Positions 47,104 to 58,132 of a DNA stretch of 64,000 nucleotides are shown one piece after another. The translations under genes were made by a program, and so were the position numbers. The stretch spans positions 191,752 through 255,751 of the forward strand of contig CALVKR010000002.1 in the NCBI GenBank assembly GCA_944332995.1, given 5' to 3'. Within the stretch, counting starts at the first letter, position 1, and the number at the start of each line of letters is the position of its first letter. A model generated the notes under the pieces. That model did not search any database and was not told the origin of the DNA. It saw only the letters and a list, made by a program, of their open reading frames with translations. The stretch is from an uncultured Clostridia bacterium (GTDB lineage: Bacteria > Bacillota > Clostridia > Christensenellales > CAG-917).

Positions 47104-48448
47104 CGGACACAACCCCCTCTTCTACTTCTTCGACGACTTTTTCTTTATCTTCGTCCTCCTCATCTAAATCGTCTTCGACGACTTGCTCGCCTCTCTTAAG
47201 CGCATACAGCTTCGGATTTGAAGAATTGAAAGAAAGCATAATAGACATCAAAAGTCTTGTTACCAACAGCGACGTGAACATCGACAGAATGATACCGATA
47301 AACAGCGTAACCGCAAAGCCTACGATAGACGCAGAGCCGACAAGCCACAAAACGACAGCGCCTATAAGCGTCGTAACGTTTCCGTCGATAATTGCGCCAA
47401 GACTTCTTTTAAAGCCGGTCTTGACAGCCGTTCCGATAGGCTTGGAAGTGTGCTTGTATTCGTCCTTGATTCTTTCAAATATGACGACGTTGCCGTCGAC
47501 AGCCATACCGATTGAAAGCACGATACCGGCAATACCCGGGAGCGTGAGCTGAACCCACGGAAGCACTGCGCAGAACCAAAGCAACAGCAAAATATAAATG
47601 ACCAAAGCGATATCCGCCATAACGCCCATCATGCGATAGACGATAGCCATAAAGATAAACACGATGGCGATACCGACAGCGGCGGCGATAAGCGAAGAAG
47701 TTATCGCACCCTCGCCGAGCGTCGGGCTGATGAGTCTTATTTCGTCTTTAACGAGATTGACGGCAAAGGTGCCGCTCTGAATTTGCGTAACAAAATCGTA
47801 TGCGGCCTGATAGTCGTAACCGCCCGAACGGGAAATGATACATTGACCGTTGGTGATTGCGCTTTGAACGTTGACCTGAGTATATAATTCGTTATTGGCG
47901 TAAACGTAAATAGTTTTGCCAACTAAATCCGCCGTGGCGTCAGCAAACGCTTTCGTTCCCGCGGAGTTAAATTTAAGACCTACGGCATAATATCCGTTTT
48001 CGTCGTAAGTGACGTAGGCGTTTTCGATGTGATCTCGACCGACGATAAGGACGTTTGCGTCCGAGCCCTCTCCGTCACGGAATTCGATACTCTGCGGTCT
48101 GCCGATAAGCTCGAAAATCTGCTCGGGATCGTCCACGTCGGGAACTTCAACTCTTATCTTTCCGTTTGAATAGGAAACGACGGATTCGGTGTATCCCTTG
48201 GACACCAAAAGCGTCTGAAGTCCGGTAACCGTTCCGTCGATTCTCGTTTGCAAATCGTCGCTCGGTTCTTCGTCGACTATATAAACGGCGGATACGCCGC
48301 CCGATAAGTCAAGTCCTAAACTGATGGTCTTAGCATAGCCGGTATAATCGTATACGCCTATGGGAAATTCGATTACCGCAAAAACCGTCATCAAAACGAT
48401 GAAGATTGCAAGTAAAACTAAAACCACGATAGATTTTGTCTTTGTCAT
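47093..48448 (-). CDS. secD: Protein translocase subunit SecD
   Basis: 451 aa with LGLDLSGG and a SecD/SecF C-terminal TM bundle. Acidic tail. Confidence 0.9.
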   Translation of the reverse strand: MTKTKSIVVLVLLAIFIVLMTVFAVIEFPIGVYDYTGYAKTISLGLDLSGGVSAVYIVDEEPSDDLQTRIDGTVTGLQTLLVSKGYTESVVSYSNGKIRVEVPDVDDPEQIFELIGRPQSIEFRDGEGSDANVLIVGRDHIENAYVTYDENGYYAVGLKFNSAGTKAFADATADLVGKTIYVYANNELYTQVNVQSAITNGQCIISRSGGYDYQAAYDFVTQIQSGTFAVNLVKDEIRLISPTLGEGAITSSLIAAAVGIAIVFIFMAIVYRMMGVMADIALVIYILLLLWFCAVLPWVQLTLPGIAGIVLSIGMAVDGNVVIFERIKDEYKHTSKPIGTAVKTGFKRSLGAIIDGNVTTLIGAVVLWLVGSASIVGFAVTLFIGIILSMFTSLLVTRLLMSIMLSFNSSNPKLYALKRGEQVVEDDLDEEDEDKEKVVEEVEEGVVSDEE

Positions 48449-48663
48449 ACTGTGCTCCTGAGTCTAAAACATAGTTATTATACACATAAAGCAAATTTAA
48501 GTCAATTTATTTTGATAAATGTATCTTGTTTATATATATTTTATATACAAAGGATAAACGAAAATTAAATCGTCCGTCCCATATTTAGCGATTGCATAAA
48601 CAAATTTGCGCTTTGACGTTTACTCTTTGTGTTTACACTTTAAAGTCGGTAAAACCAAAACGG

Positions 48664-50016
48664 TTACTTTTCCGAGTTTTCGGCGGCATAGATGGCAAGC
48701 GAGGTCAAAAACCTCTTTCTCATCATGGCGCACGCCTCTTTATAAGGAGTGTTTATATCCCCCGAAAAATGCACGGCATTGGCGTTGCAGCCGCCCGAGC
48801 AATAATATTTTGCCACGCATTCGGAGCAACCTTTTTTAGTGTAAACCGTACACTCGGCAAAACGCTTTTGAGCTTCTGTATCAAAGGTGCGGTCGAGCAC
48901 GCTGCCCATTTTGTATTCCGTCTGCCCGGCAAACTGATGGCACGGATATATATCGCCCGTCGGAGTGACGGCGACGTATTCGTTGCCCGCTCCGCAGCCT
49001 CTCAGTCTTTTGTATACGCAGGGACCCTGTTTTAAATCTATCATAAAGTGGAAAAAGTTAAACCACTTATCCGTCTTGCGACGCTTTATGTATTCTTTGG
49101 CTAAGACGTCGTATTCGGCAAGCACCCTGTCCATATCCTCTTCTTTTATTGCAAGCGGGTCGCTTTGAGGCAAAACAACGGGCTCTACGGAGATTTGGTC
49201 AAATCCCTCGTCGTTTAAATACAAGACGTCCTTGGAAAAATCGAGATTGTTTGCCGTGAAAGTGCCTCTTATATAATAGCTTTTATCCCCTCTGATTTTC
49301 CTGAATTCTTTTGCGTTTTCAAGAACAAGCGCCTGACAGCCTTTGTGATTGGGAGTTACTCTGAGCTTGTCGTGAACCTCGGGTCTGCCGTCAATGGATA
49401 TGACTACGTTAAACATATTGTCGTTAAGCCACCTGCGGTTTTCTTCGCTTAGCAATACGCCGTTTGTCGTCATGGTAAAATGAATGCTCTTGCCCGCCTC
49501 TTTGACCTTTTCATTGGCGTATTCTACAATGCGTTTTACAACGCCCATATTCATGAGCGGCTCACCGCCGAAAAAGTCTACTTCGAGATTGTGGCGACTT
49601 TTACTCTTTTCAATCAAAAAGTCGATTGCCGCTGCTCCGACCTCAAAGGTCATATAATCTTTGGGCGTGTTATACGTTCCGTCCTTTGCGAAACAATAAG
49701 GACATCTCAGATTGCAGTCGTGGCAGATATGCAGACACAGTGCCTTTATCTCTCCCGTGCAACCGAGATTATATACGGTTGCAGGCGAATTTAAAACGCC
49801 CTGTTTTTCCAGCTCGCAAAGCTCTGCCTCTATCTCCTCTATTTCCGATTTAGGCAAAAGTCCATACGACAAAAACTCTTCATCTGTCGGTGAAGAGTAC
49901 TTTTGTTTTGCGACGAGATAGGCGCTTTTATCCACGCTGTGGAGCGAACCGCTCTCGACGTCGTATAGAAAATATTCGGTATTACCCGATACGTCCGACG
50001 TGAAACAATAAACCAT
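48664..50016 (-). CDS. Radical SAM/SPASM thioether-forming SCIFF peptide maturase
   Basis: 450 aa with the CNLRCPYC radical SAM motif and a Cys-rich SPASM C-terminus. Lies 9 nt downstream of the SCIFF precursor. Confidence 0.85.
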   Translation of the reverse strand: MVYCFTSDVSGNTEYFLYDVESGSLHSVDKSAYLVAKQKYSSPTDEEFLSYGLLPKSEIEEIEAELCELEKQGVLNSPATVYNLGCTGEIKALCLHICHDCNLRCPYCFAKDGTYNTPKDYMTFEVGAAAIDFLIEKSKSRHNLEVDFFGGEPLMNMGVVKRIVEYANEKVKEAGKSIHFTMTTNGVLLSEENRRWLNDNMFNVVISIDGRPEVHDKLRVTPNHKGCQALVLENAKEFRKIRGDKSYYIRGTFTANNLDFSKDVLYLNDEGFDQISVEPVVLPQSDPLAIKEEDMDRVLAEYDVLAKEYIKRRKTDKWFNFFHFMIDLKQGPCVYKRLRGCGAGNEYVAVTPTGDIYPCHQFAGQTEYKMGSVLDRTFDTEAQKRFAECTVYTKKGCSECVAKYYCSGGCNANAVHFSGDINTPYKEACAMMRKRFLTSLAIYAAENSEK

Positions 50017-50025
50017 TATCGTTTA

Positions 50026-50193
50026 TCAGTCGTTCTTCTTTTCGGGCTTTAAGATTTTCTCGTCCTTCTGAACGCATGTTTGAGTTCCTACCGTGCAGCT
50101 GGTCTTGCAAGCGGATTGACAGCTTGATTGACATTCTCCGCAGCCGCCGTTTTTCTTCATGGAACAATTTGTGATAGTTTTGACGTGTTTCAT
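50026..50193 (-). CDS. SCIFF (six-cysteines-in-forty-five) ribosomal peptide precursor
   Basis: MKHVKTITNCSMKKNGGCGECQSSCQSACKTSCTVGTQTC... is the hallmark GGCGECQ(T/S)SCQSACKTSC core. GGAGGA RBS before the ATG at 50193. Confidence 0.9.
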   Translation of the reverse strand: MKHVKTITNCSMKKNGGCGECQSSCQSACKTSCTVGTQTCVQKDEKILKPEKKND

Positions 50194-50375
50194 CTTTTCC
50201 TCCAAAGAATTGAAATTGCTAATTACAGTATATATTAACCTTTTATCTTTTGCAAGCAATTTGAGTTTTAACCGACAAGTTTTTTAGCCAAAACAGAATA
50301 TATAAGCGGTGTCAGCAATAATCTATAATAGTATGTTTAAGTTTACCGTTAAACTTTATTTTGCTAGGAGTGCTT

Positions 50376-50768
50376 ATGAGTTTTGCTAAAAAACAGATTT
50401 TCCCCATTGTAAAAATGGTATTGCTCGCCGTGCTGTTCACCCTCGTGTTCGTGCTTATATTTGCCATGATAACGAGATGGGCGTCGCTCGACAACAAGGT
50501 AGTCGTCCCCGTTACCTACGCTCTGAAAGTGCTGAGCATTCTCCTTGCCTGCCTCATTGCCTTTAAAAGAGGCGACAACGGACTTATCAAAGGTCTTATA
50601 GGCGGTATGTTATACTTTTTCATATCCTATCTGTTGTTTGCCGCCCTCAACAACTTCGTGGACGCCAAATTCAATTTCATCGACCTTATCTGCCTTACCG
50701 TTTCCGGCGGAATAGGCGGAATTATCGCCGTCAACCTGTTTAAACCCAAAGAGGCAAAACAAAACTGA
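50376..50768 (+). CDS. Small 4-TM membrane protein, hypothetical
   Basis: 130 aa, four hydrophobic helices. AGGAG RBS before the ATG at 50376. Confidence 0.55.
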   Translation: MSFAKKQIFPIVKMVLLAVLFTLVFVLIFAMITRWASLDNKVVVPVTYALKVLSILLACLIAFKRGDNGLIKGLIGGMLYFFISYLLFAALNNFVDAKFNFIDLICLTVSGGIGGIIAVNLFKPKEAKQN

Positions 50769-50933
50769 ATTTCAATCATAAAGCCTTACCGTTTAGGGCG
50801 CATATCAAGTTTTAGCCCCGTCCGTCCGTTTTTTCATGCCGATTTTATACCTCAGCGCAACGGCGCAATGGTGCAATCAGCCACGGCAAGTGACAACGTT
50901 AAATAAACCGCAAATAATTTTATTAAAATAAAA

Positions 50934-50966
50934 ATAAAAAAGGAATGAGTTTCATTCCTTTTTTGT
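50934..50966. terminator. Bidirectional rho-independent terminator (yajC on the minus strand; the membrane protein gene on the plus strand)
   Basis: 8-bp stem AGGAATGA/TCATTCCT, flanked by A-runs and T-runs. Confidence 0.7.
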
Positions 50967-50972
50967 TTTATC

Positions 50973-51518
50973 TTATTCAGCTTTGGGCTCTTCGGCTTTG
51001 GGCTCTTTGGAAACTGTTTCCTCTGCGGTTTCGATTTGAGCTACTTCCCCGCTGACTTCTTCAACGGCTTCCTCGCCTTTTACTTCGCCCTCTTCACGAT
51101 ACTTCTTGCCCCTCTTTTTCTTCTCGGGTTTGACTTCCTCTTCCTTCACCTCTTCTAAGGCAGGCTGTTGTACCTCTTGAGGCGCTTGAGCCGCTTCTTG
51201 CTCGGGTTGAGCAGGCTGAGCAGGTTGAACGGGCTGAATGGGATCGAGCACTGCGCCGATACCGTTTCTTTCGATAACGATCAAAGTGGGATTTTCGTCC
51301 GAACCGACGTTAATCGTTACAGTGTTGTCTGCGGCGTTCATAGCGGTTACCTTACCGATAAGTCTGCCTATAGTCATGACTTTCGTGCCGACTCTTATAG
51401 AGTTCATCATTTCCTGTTGTTGCTTTTGACGCTTCTTTTGAGGAATGATGGTCATAACAATCATCGCAACCAAGAATACGCCCAAAATTACTAATATAAT
51501 CCAGCTGTTACCTTCCAT
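50973..51518 (-). CDS. yajC: Preprotein translocase subunit YajC with a long low-complexity C-terminal extension
   Basis: N-terminal TM plus the YajC core (IIPQKKRQKQQQEMMNSIRVGTKVMTIGRLIGKV). About 85 extra residues rich in P/Q/E/K (PVQPAQPAQPEQE...). Confidence 0.85.
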   Translation of the reverse strand: MEGNSWIILVILGVFLVAMIVMTIIPQKKRQKQQQEMMNSIRVGTKVMTIGRLIGKVTAMNAADNTVTINVGSDENPTLIVIERNGIGAVLDPIQPVQPAQPAQPEQEAAQAPQEVQQPALEEVKEEEVKPEKKKRGKKYREEGEVKGEEAVEEVSGEVAQIETAEETVSKEPKAEEPKAE

Positions 51519-51874
51519 TTTATTCTCCTTAATACTAAGTTCAATGTGTTGATTTTACACTAAAAAACAAATATATGCAACTAATTTAACTAAAAACTAA
51601 TAGAGCAGATATTTTTTTAATGCACTATTTTGTATAATTCTTGCCCATTTTGCTTAATTTAAAAACATCAAATGAAAAATGAACGCCTTTAAGGTTAAAT
51701 CATACATTGATATTTTACATGTAAGCATTAAACCAAGCTGAAAATCGATAAATTTATTAACTTTTTTAACTTTTTTGGCGGGTCTGTTAATTCTGCCCAT
51801 TATTTATAACTTTTAATTCAAGTTTTTATTTATCTCGGTTTTGTGTTAAAGGTTCCCTTTTTAATTTTAATTTT

Positions 51875-51898
51875 AAAAGCACGGGATGTCACCCGTGC
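51875..51898 (-). terminator. Candidate terminator after tgt
   Basis: 7-bp stem GCACGGG/CCCGTGC with a 6-nt loop and a short T-run on the minus strand. Confidence 0.5.
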
Positions 51899-51927
51899 CG
51901 TTTATAACTCATAAAACCGATATAATT

Positions 51928-53055
<1,128 letters not shown>

Positions 53056-53167
53056 CTAACTCCGATAAACGGCGTTTGTCTTTTGAGCTCACTTGCCTTT
53101 TCGGCTTGCATGCTTTTTGCTCAAAGGCTAAGCCGTCATTGTATTATCTTTTTATACTGCGCTGACG

Positions 53168-54193
53168 CTACAAAATGAGCATGGCGTCACCGAAAGAGAA
53201 AAAGCGGTATCTTTCCTTTACTGCCTCGTTGTATACTCTGAGCGTTTCTTCCCTGCCGCAAAGAGCGGAAACGAGCATGATGAGCGTGGATTCCGGCAGG
53301 TGGAAATTTGTTATAAGGGCGTCCACCGCCTTGAATTTATAGCCGGGATAGATAAAAATATCAGTATCGCCCGATTTTGCCGAAACAAAACCGTTTTCGT
53401 CCGCCACACTCTCGAGCGTCCTGACCGACGTCGTGCCTACGCAGATGACTCTGCGTCCCTCCTGTTTTGCTCTGTTTATCTTTTCGGCATTGATTTCGTC
53501 TATCGAGTATTCTTCCGTGTGCATTTTATGTTCTAAGGCGTTTTCCTCTTTTACGGGACGGAAAGTGCCAAGCCCTATCTGAAGCAGGACGGTGGCGAAT
53601 TCCACGCCCTTTGCCTTCAGCTTTTCGATAAGCTGTTCGGTGAAATGAAGTCCTGCCGTAGGGGCCGCCGCCGAGCCGTCAACCTTGGAATATACCGTCT
53701 GATACCTTTCTTTGTCGGCGAGCTTTTCCTTTATATAAGGCGGAAGCGGCATATTGCCCACCCTCGATAAAATATCTTCGAATACTCCGTCGTAGATAAA
53801 TTCCACACGCCTTACTCCGTCGTCGAGAAGGTCGCAGACCTTTACCTTTAACTCGTCGGAAATATTATACACTTCGCCTATCTTAAGCCTCTTTGCAGGT
53901 CTTAAAAGCGCCTGCCAATGAGTGAGGTCCTCTCTCTTTAACAAAAGCACCTCGAAAGCGGAATTTTGCCGTCTGCCGTAAAGTCGTGCGGGAATAACTC
54001 TCGTATTATTTACGACGAGCAAATCTCCCTCTTTAAGATAATCGCCTATATCGTAAAAATGCCTGTGAGCTATATTCTTTGTCGCCCTGTCGTATACCAA
54101 AAGTCGAGAGCTGTCCCTCGGTTCGACGGGAGTCTGAGCTATCAGCTCCTCGGGTAAATCGTAATAAAAATCTTTAGTTAAAAGTGTGTCCAT
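53168..54193 (-). CDS. queA: S-adenosylmethionine:tRNA ribosyltransferase-isomerase
   Basis: 341 aa with [35 protein letters not shown] and [11 protein letters not shown]. Confidence 0.95.
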   Translation of the reverse strand: MDTLLTKDFYYDLPEELIAQTPVEPRDSSRLLVYDRATKNIAHRHFYDIGDYLKEGDLLVVNNTRVIPARLYGRRQNSAFEVLLLKREDLTHWQALLRPAKRLKIGEVYNISDELKVKVCDLLDDGVRRVEFIYDGVFEDILSRVGNMPLPPYIKEKLADKERYQTVYSKVDGSAAAPTAGLHFTEQLIEKLKAKGVEFATVLLQIGLGTFRPVKEENALEHKMHTEEYSIDEINAEKINRAKQEGRRVICVGTTSVRTLESVADENGFVSAKSGDTDIFIYPGYKFKAVDALITNFHLPESTLIMLVSALCGREETLRVYNEAVKERYRFFSFGDAMLIL

Positions 54194-54410
54194 GTTTGTT
54201 TGCGCTTTTATATGGTGTGTTTATATTTAATAATTTAATTGTGCTATACCGTGCCGTTAAATTTTTGCGTTTTAATTATGCTTTTTCCCATCGATTAAGT
54301 TTTATCGCACGTAAATCCTATTATATAAATTTTATTGCCTATATACTTTATCTTTTAAATTTTATCGTACATATTGCTTATATCAAATTACATCGATGCC
54401 GAGCGGCAGT

Positions 54411-55406
54411 TTACTTAAACTCTCTGTTTAAATGCCTATACGCCGCCTCGGTTGCCGTCCTGCCCCTCATCGTCTTTTGAATAAACCCGAGTTTTATAAG
54501 ATAGGGCTCTACGACGTCTTCTATCGTAGTGGCTTCCTCGCCGACAGCCGAAGCTATCGTGTCAAGCCCGACAGGGCCCCCTTTGAACTTATCGATAATG
54601 ACGCACAATACGTCAAGGTCGAGTTTATCTAGTCCTATGCCGTCGATTCCGAGCCTCGACAGAGCGACTTTTGCCACGTCTAAGTCTATGCGCTCCTTGC
54701 CCTCATAGTCGGCAAAATCTCTGACTCTCTTTAATATCCTGTTGGCTATCCTCGGAGTGCCTCTGCTTCTCGACGCTATCTCTCCTGCGGCTTCTTCCGA
54801 TATCTCGCACCCTAACAGCCTTGCCGAACGCTTTGTTATTAGCTTTAATTCGTCGGGCGAATACATTTCAAGTTTAAGCATAACGCCAAATCTGTCACGA
54901 AGCGGACTTGAAAGCAACCCTGCCCTTGTCGTCGCTCCTATAAGGGTGAACTTTGGCAGAGCGAGCCTTAGCGTCCTCGCCGTCGGTCCCTTGCCCAGCA
55001 CGAGGTCGAGTTTGTAGTCTTCCATAGCAGGATATAAAATTTCTTCCACGCTCTTGTTAAGACGGTGTATCTCGTCTATGAACAGCACACTGCCCTGAGG
55101 CAGATTTGAAATTATTGAAGCCAAATCCGCCGCCTTTTCTATGACGGGACCGCTTGAAACGACTATCTGAGCTCCCATCTCGTTGGCGATTATGTGCGCA
55201 AGCGTGGTTTTGCCGAGTCCCGGAGGCCCGGACAGTAAAACGTGGTCTAAGCTGTCGTTTCTCTTTTTGGCAGCGGAAATATAGACCATAAGATTGTCCT
55301 TTATAGCCTGTTGACCGACGTATTCGTCAATCATTTTAGGACGGAGAGTTATTTCCGCTTCGTCGTCCGCCGTCATTGTCGAGCTTATAAGTCTTTCTTC
55401 TTCCAT
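54411..55406 (-). CDS. ruvB: Holliday junction branch migration helicase RuvB
   Basis: 331 aa with [23 protein letters not shown] and DEIHRL. Confidence 0.95.
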   Translation of the reverse strand: MEEERLISSTMTADDEAEITLRPKMIDEYVGQQAIKDNLMVYISAAKKRNDSLDHVLLSGPPGLGKTTLAHIIANEMGAQIVVSSGPVIEKAADLASIISNLPQGSVLFIDEIHRLNKSVEEILYPAMEDYKLDLVLGKGPTARTLRLALPKFTLIGATTRAGLLSSPLRDRFGVMLKLEMYSPDELKLITKRSARLLGCEISEEAAGEIASRSRGTPRIANRILKRVRDFADYEGKERIDLDVAKVALSRLGIDGIGLDKLDLDVLCVIIDKFKGGPVGLDTIASAVGEEATTIEDVVEPYLIKLGFIQKTMRGRTATEAAYRHLNREFK

Positions 55407-55479
55407 TTTATCCTCTAAACATTGCCTGTATCCGTTTCGCGTCAGGCTTCAATCGCCAAAATGCACCTTAATTTGTCCT

Positions 55480-56046
55480 CTACTTTCTCTCTCTCAGTGC
55501 CAAAGATACTATATTTTCAAGTCCGCTCGTATGCTTTGCCGCACTTTCGACCGCTTTTTGCGCTTCCTGACGTCCAAGCCCCAGCGACATAAGGGCGAAT
55601 ATTGCGTCCTCGAGTTCGGACGGAACGGAATCGACCGTCTCAATATCAGGTTTAAATTGCTCTTTGAGCTCAAGCACTATTCTCTCCGCCGTCTTTTTGC
55701 CCAATCCCTTTATCTTGGTGAGCGAAACGGTATCGCCGGACGCCACCATGGAGGCGAGAAGATTAAGCGGATAACTGCCCAGCACCGTCATTGCGCTTTT
55801 AGGTCCGACGCCGGAAACGGTAATGAGTTTTTCAAAGAAATATTTTTCCTCTCCGCTTATAAACCCGAACAGCGTTAAGGCGTCCTCTTTGACGTGCAGA
55901 TAGGTATACAGCATCGCTTCCGATTTTCCGCTTACCGCCGCCGCCGTCGATTTTGACACGTTGACGGCATAACCCACTCCGCCTACGTCCAGCACGACGA
56001 GATTTTCGCTTACGCTTGCAACTTTTCCTTTTATATAAGCATACAT
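55480..56046 (-). CDS. ruvA: Holliday junction DNA-binding protein RuvA
   Basis: 188 aa with MYAYIKGKV, HhH motifs (VSGVGPKSA, IKGLGKKTAERI). Confidence 0.9.
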   Translation of the reverse strand: MYAYIKGKVASVSENLVVLDVGGVGYAVNVSKSTAAAVSGKSEAMLYTYLHVKEDALTLFGFISGEEKYFFEKLITVSGVGPKSAMTVLGSYPLNLLASMVASGDTVSLTKIKGLGKKTAERIVLELKEQFKPDIETVDSVPSELEDAIFALMSLGLGRQEAQKAVESAAKHTSGLENIVSLALRERK

Positions 56047-56264
56047 TTTTTATCCTCGCTGACGGGCGCCGTTTTTGCCCGACCGATACTTTTTTATCAA
56101 TTTTATATAAACGCTTAAACGGCTTTTTGAGCTTCGGCTGGCGCCTGTTTAATCTATATATCAACATTGTTTCGATACGACAATCTATAAATTCAAGACA
56201 ATAAGTTAAATACCGCTTTATACCGTTTATGTTTTTATGTGCCGTTTTGTTTACTTTTTTTTGT

Positions 56265-56392
56265 GCTTTTTTATATTCCGTTTTTTATATGCTTTTTTAT
56301 ATGCTTTTTTTATATGCTCTTTTTATATGCTTTTTTATTGCTCTTTTTATATGCTTTTTTTAATATTCGTTTCTTATATTCTTTTTATATTT
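56265..56392. repeat. Degenerate T-rich tandem repeat, about 12-13 bp x about 10, in the ruvC-ruvA spacer
   Basis: Successive units GCTTTTTTATAT / GCTTTTTTTATAT / GCTCTTTTTATAT and similar. This array explains the F/L/Y-rich phantom ORF 56237..56473. Confidence 0.8.
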
Positions 56393-56406
56393 AAACCGAG
56401 TATCCT

Positions 56407-56925
56407 CTACCTCTTGCCGAGGTTTAAACCGCCCACCTTAAACTGCTCGCTAAGCCTGCCCGTCTGTGCGTGAGTGAGAGCGACAGCCAAAGCGTCCGCC
56501 GCATCGTCGGGAGAAGGTCTTTTGGGCAGATTCAATATCATCTGCGTCATAAGCTGCATCTGCCGTTTATCTGCGCTTCCCGTGCCGGTAAGCGCCTGCT
56601 TAATTTGATTTGGCGTATACTCGAATATCTTGTCGCCGAGGCATTTTCTTCCGCAAAGCAAAATGACTCCCCTTGCTTCCGACACGGCAATGCCCGTGGT
56701 AATGTTTTTGGTGAAAAACAGTTCTTCCACCGCCATTTCGTCCGGCTTGAATTTGTCAAAGAGAGCATACATGGCTTTCTCGACGTCCAAAAGACGAAGC
56801 GGCAAGCTGTCGTCCTTATCCGTCTTGACGACGCCGTAGTCGACTGCCTTTACACGTCCGCCGTCGCTATCCACCACGCCGTAACCCATGGTTCCTATAC
56901 CGGGGTCGATTCCCAATATCCTCAT
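56407..56925 (-). CDS. ruvC: Crossover junction endodeoxyribonuclease RuvC
   Basis: MRILGIDPGIGTMGYGV with RNase H-like catalytic D/E residues. The ATG at 56925 has a GGAGGAG RBS; the ORF track extension to 57000 is unlikely. Confidence 0.9.
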   Translation of the reverse strand: MRILGIDPGIGTMGYGVVDSDGGRVKAVDYGVVKTDKDDSLPLRLLDVEKAMYALFDKFKPDEMAVEELFFTKNITTGIAVSEARGVILLCGRKCLGDKIFEYTPNQIKQALTGTGSADKRQMQLMTQMILNLPKRPSPDDAADALAVALTHAQTGRLSEQFKVGGLNLGKR

Positions 56926-57085
56926 CAGATACTCCTCCGCTCTGTCTGACTTTTTGATTCTTTTTTGATTATTCAGCTTATGCCGTTTTCTCTTTTGCAA
57001 AATGCCTTTTAGCTATAATACCGCCTTTAGTTGCTACTTAGCGATGTGCGAGCGTGCGGTAACGGCGCATTATATTTACCGACTC

Positions 57086-58132
57086 TCAGTCCTTTAAAAT
57101 TCCGCTTTCCGACGAGCTGTCAAACAGCATGATTTTATCGGGCGGCAACAAGACCTTTTCTGCTTTGTCCGCCTTCGAGCCGTATCTGCATATCCCGTTT
57201 GAGTATTCGGTAAAATAAGCACCCGAAACGAAAGAGCTTGACTTTGTTTCACATTCTATTCCGTCGTCGGACACCACGACGTCGCCCGAATGCATTCCCA
57301 CAAGCACTTGTGCCCCTATATATTTTTTTGTGACGAGCCTGTCTTTAAGTACGGTTACGTCCTGCTTAAATCCGAGGTATTCAAGGTATAGCCTGCCAAA
57401 GCTTTCCGTAAGAGTTGCCTTTACCGAAAAAGCGAATTCGTCGGCCGCCTCGAGCGCCCAATAGCTTTCCGGTTTAAAATACAGCTTTTCGGGTGAGGAG
57501 ATTTGCTTTATCTCGTAAGGCGTGGCAAACAGCACTTTATCCGCTATACTAAGCGCCTCGTATCTGTCCGAGGTAGAATATATCACGGTTTTTTTGCTTC
57601 CCTTCAGAAAGTCGGAAAGCTCGGAAAAAAGCGTCTTTCTCGTCTCGTAAGGCAAGCCCTTTAAAATGTCGTCTATGAGCACCACTTCAAAATCTCTGAC
57701 GAGCATACGGGCGAGCGACGTCATCTTGCGCTCCTCCACCGTCAGTCTTTTGACCTTTTGATACAGCACGGAATTTAAACAGAATGCGTTTGCCGCCCTC
57801 AAAGTTCTCTTTGCTATTTCCGCTTTATCCGTCTTTCTTATTTTAAGCGGATAAGCGAGATTATCAAACACCGTCCAATTGTCGAAAAGCGCTCCGTCGG
57901 AAAATATCATCATGACGTCGTCCGGTTTTTTGGCAAGCGGATTGCCGTCAAACAGAACTTCGCCCTCGCATTTTTCCGCACCTGCCAGGCACTTCAACAG
58001 AGTGGTTTTTCCGCTCCCCTCCGCCCCGTAAACGCTCATTATCTCGCCGTCCGATAGGGAAAAGGAAAGATTTTCAAATACCGCCCTTCCGTATGAATAT
58101 ATTTTTGTCAATCCTTTAACTTCGACTTTCAT
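57086..58132 (-). CDS. Orphan MalK/UgpC-like ABC ATPase homolog with degenerate catalytic motifs
   Basis: 348 aa. Walker A GAEGSGKT is intact. The Q-loop Gln is missing (IFSDGALF), the signature LSGGQ is replaced by LTVEE, Walker B is VLIDDI (no catalytic Glu), and the H-loop is replaced by STSD. TOBE-like C-terminus. No permease or binding-protein gene nearby. Confidence 0.7.
   Translation of the reverse strand: MKVEVKGLTKIYSYGRAVFENLSFSLSDGEIMSVYGAEGSGKTTLLKCLAGAEKCEGEVLFDGNPLAKKPDDVMMIFSDGALFDNWTVFDNLAYPLKIRKTDKAEIAKRTLRAANAFCLNSVLYQKVKRLTVEERKMTSLARMLVRDFEVVLIDDILKGLPYETRKTLFSELSDFLKGSKKTVIYSTSDRYEALSIADKVLFATPYEIKQISSPEKLYFKPESYWALEAADEFAFSVKATLTESFGRLYLEYLGFKQDVTVLKDRLVTKKYIGAQVLVGMHSGDVVVSDDGIECETKSSSFVSGAYFTEYSNGICRYGSKADKAEKVLLPPDKIMLFDSSSESGILKD

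Noticed and set aside
46462-47199. Long plus-strand ORF (245 aa) opposite secF/secD. Similar antisense ORFs lie at 42569-43258 (229 aa, opposite relA), 58743-59513 (256 aa, opposite the 356-aa ORF), 23922-24500, 26636-27199 and 29687-30130.
   Set aside because: All lie antisense to ORFs with clear family signatures or protein-like composition. Their translations are V/F/R/L-rich low-complexity strings with no motifs and no RBS, which is typical of shadow ORFs produced by codon bias on the opposite strand.
54184-54480. 98-aa plus-strand ORF in the ruvB-queA spacer, and the 78-aa ORF at 56237-56473.
   Set aside because: Both are translations of AT-rich or tandem-repeat DNA (F/I/L/Y-rich, repetitive) and partly overlap real genes in antisense. 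They are not credible proteins.
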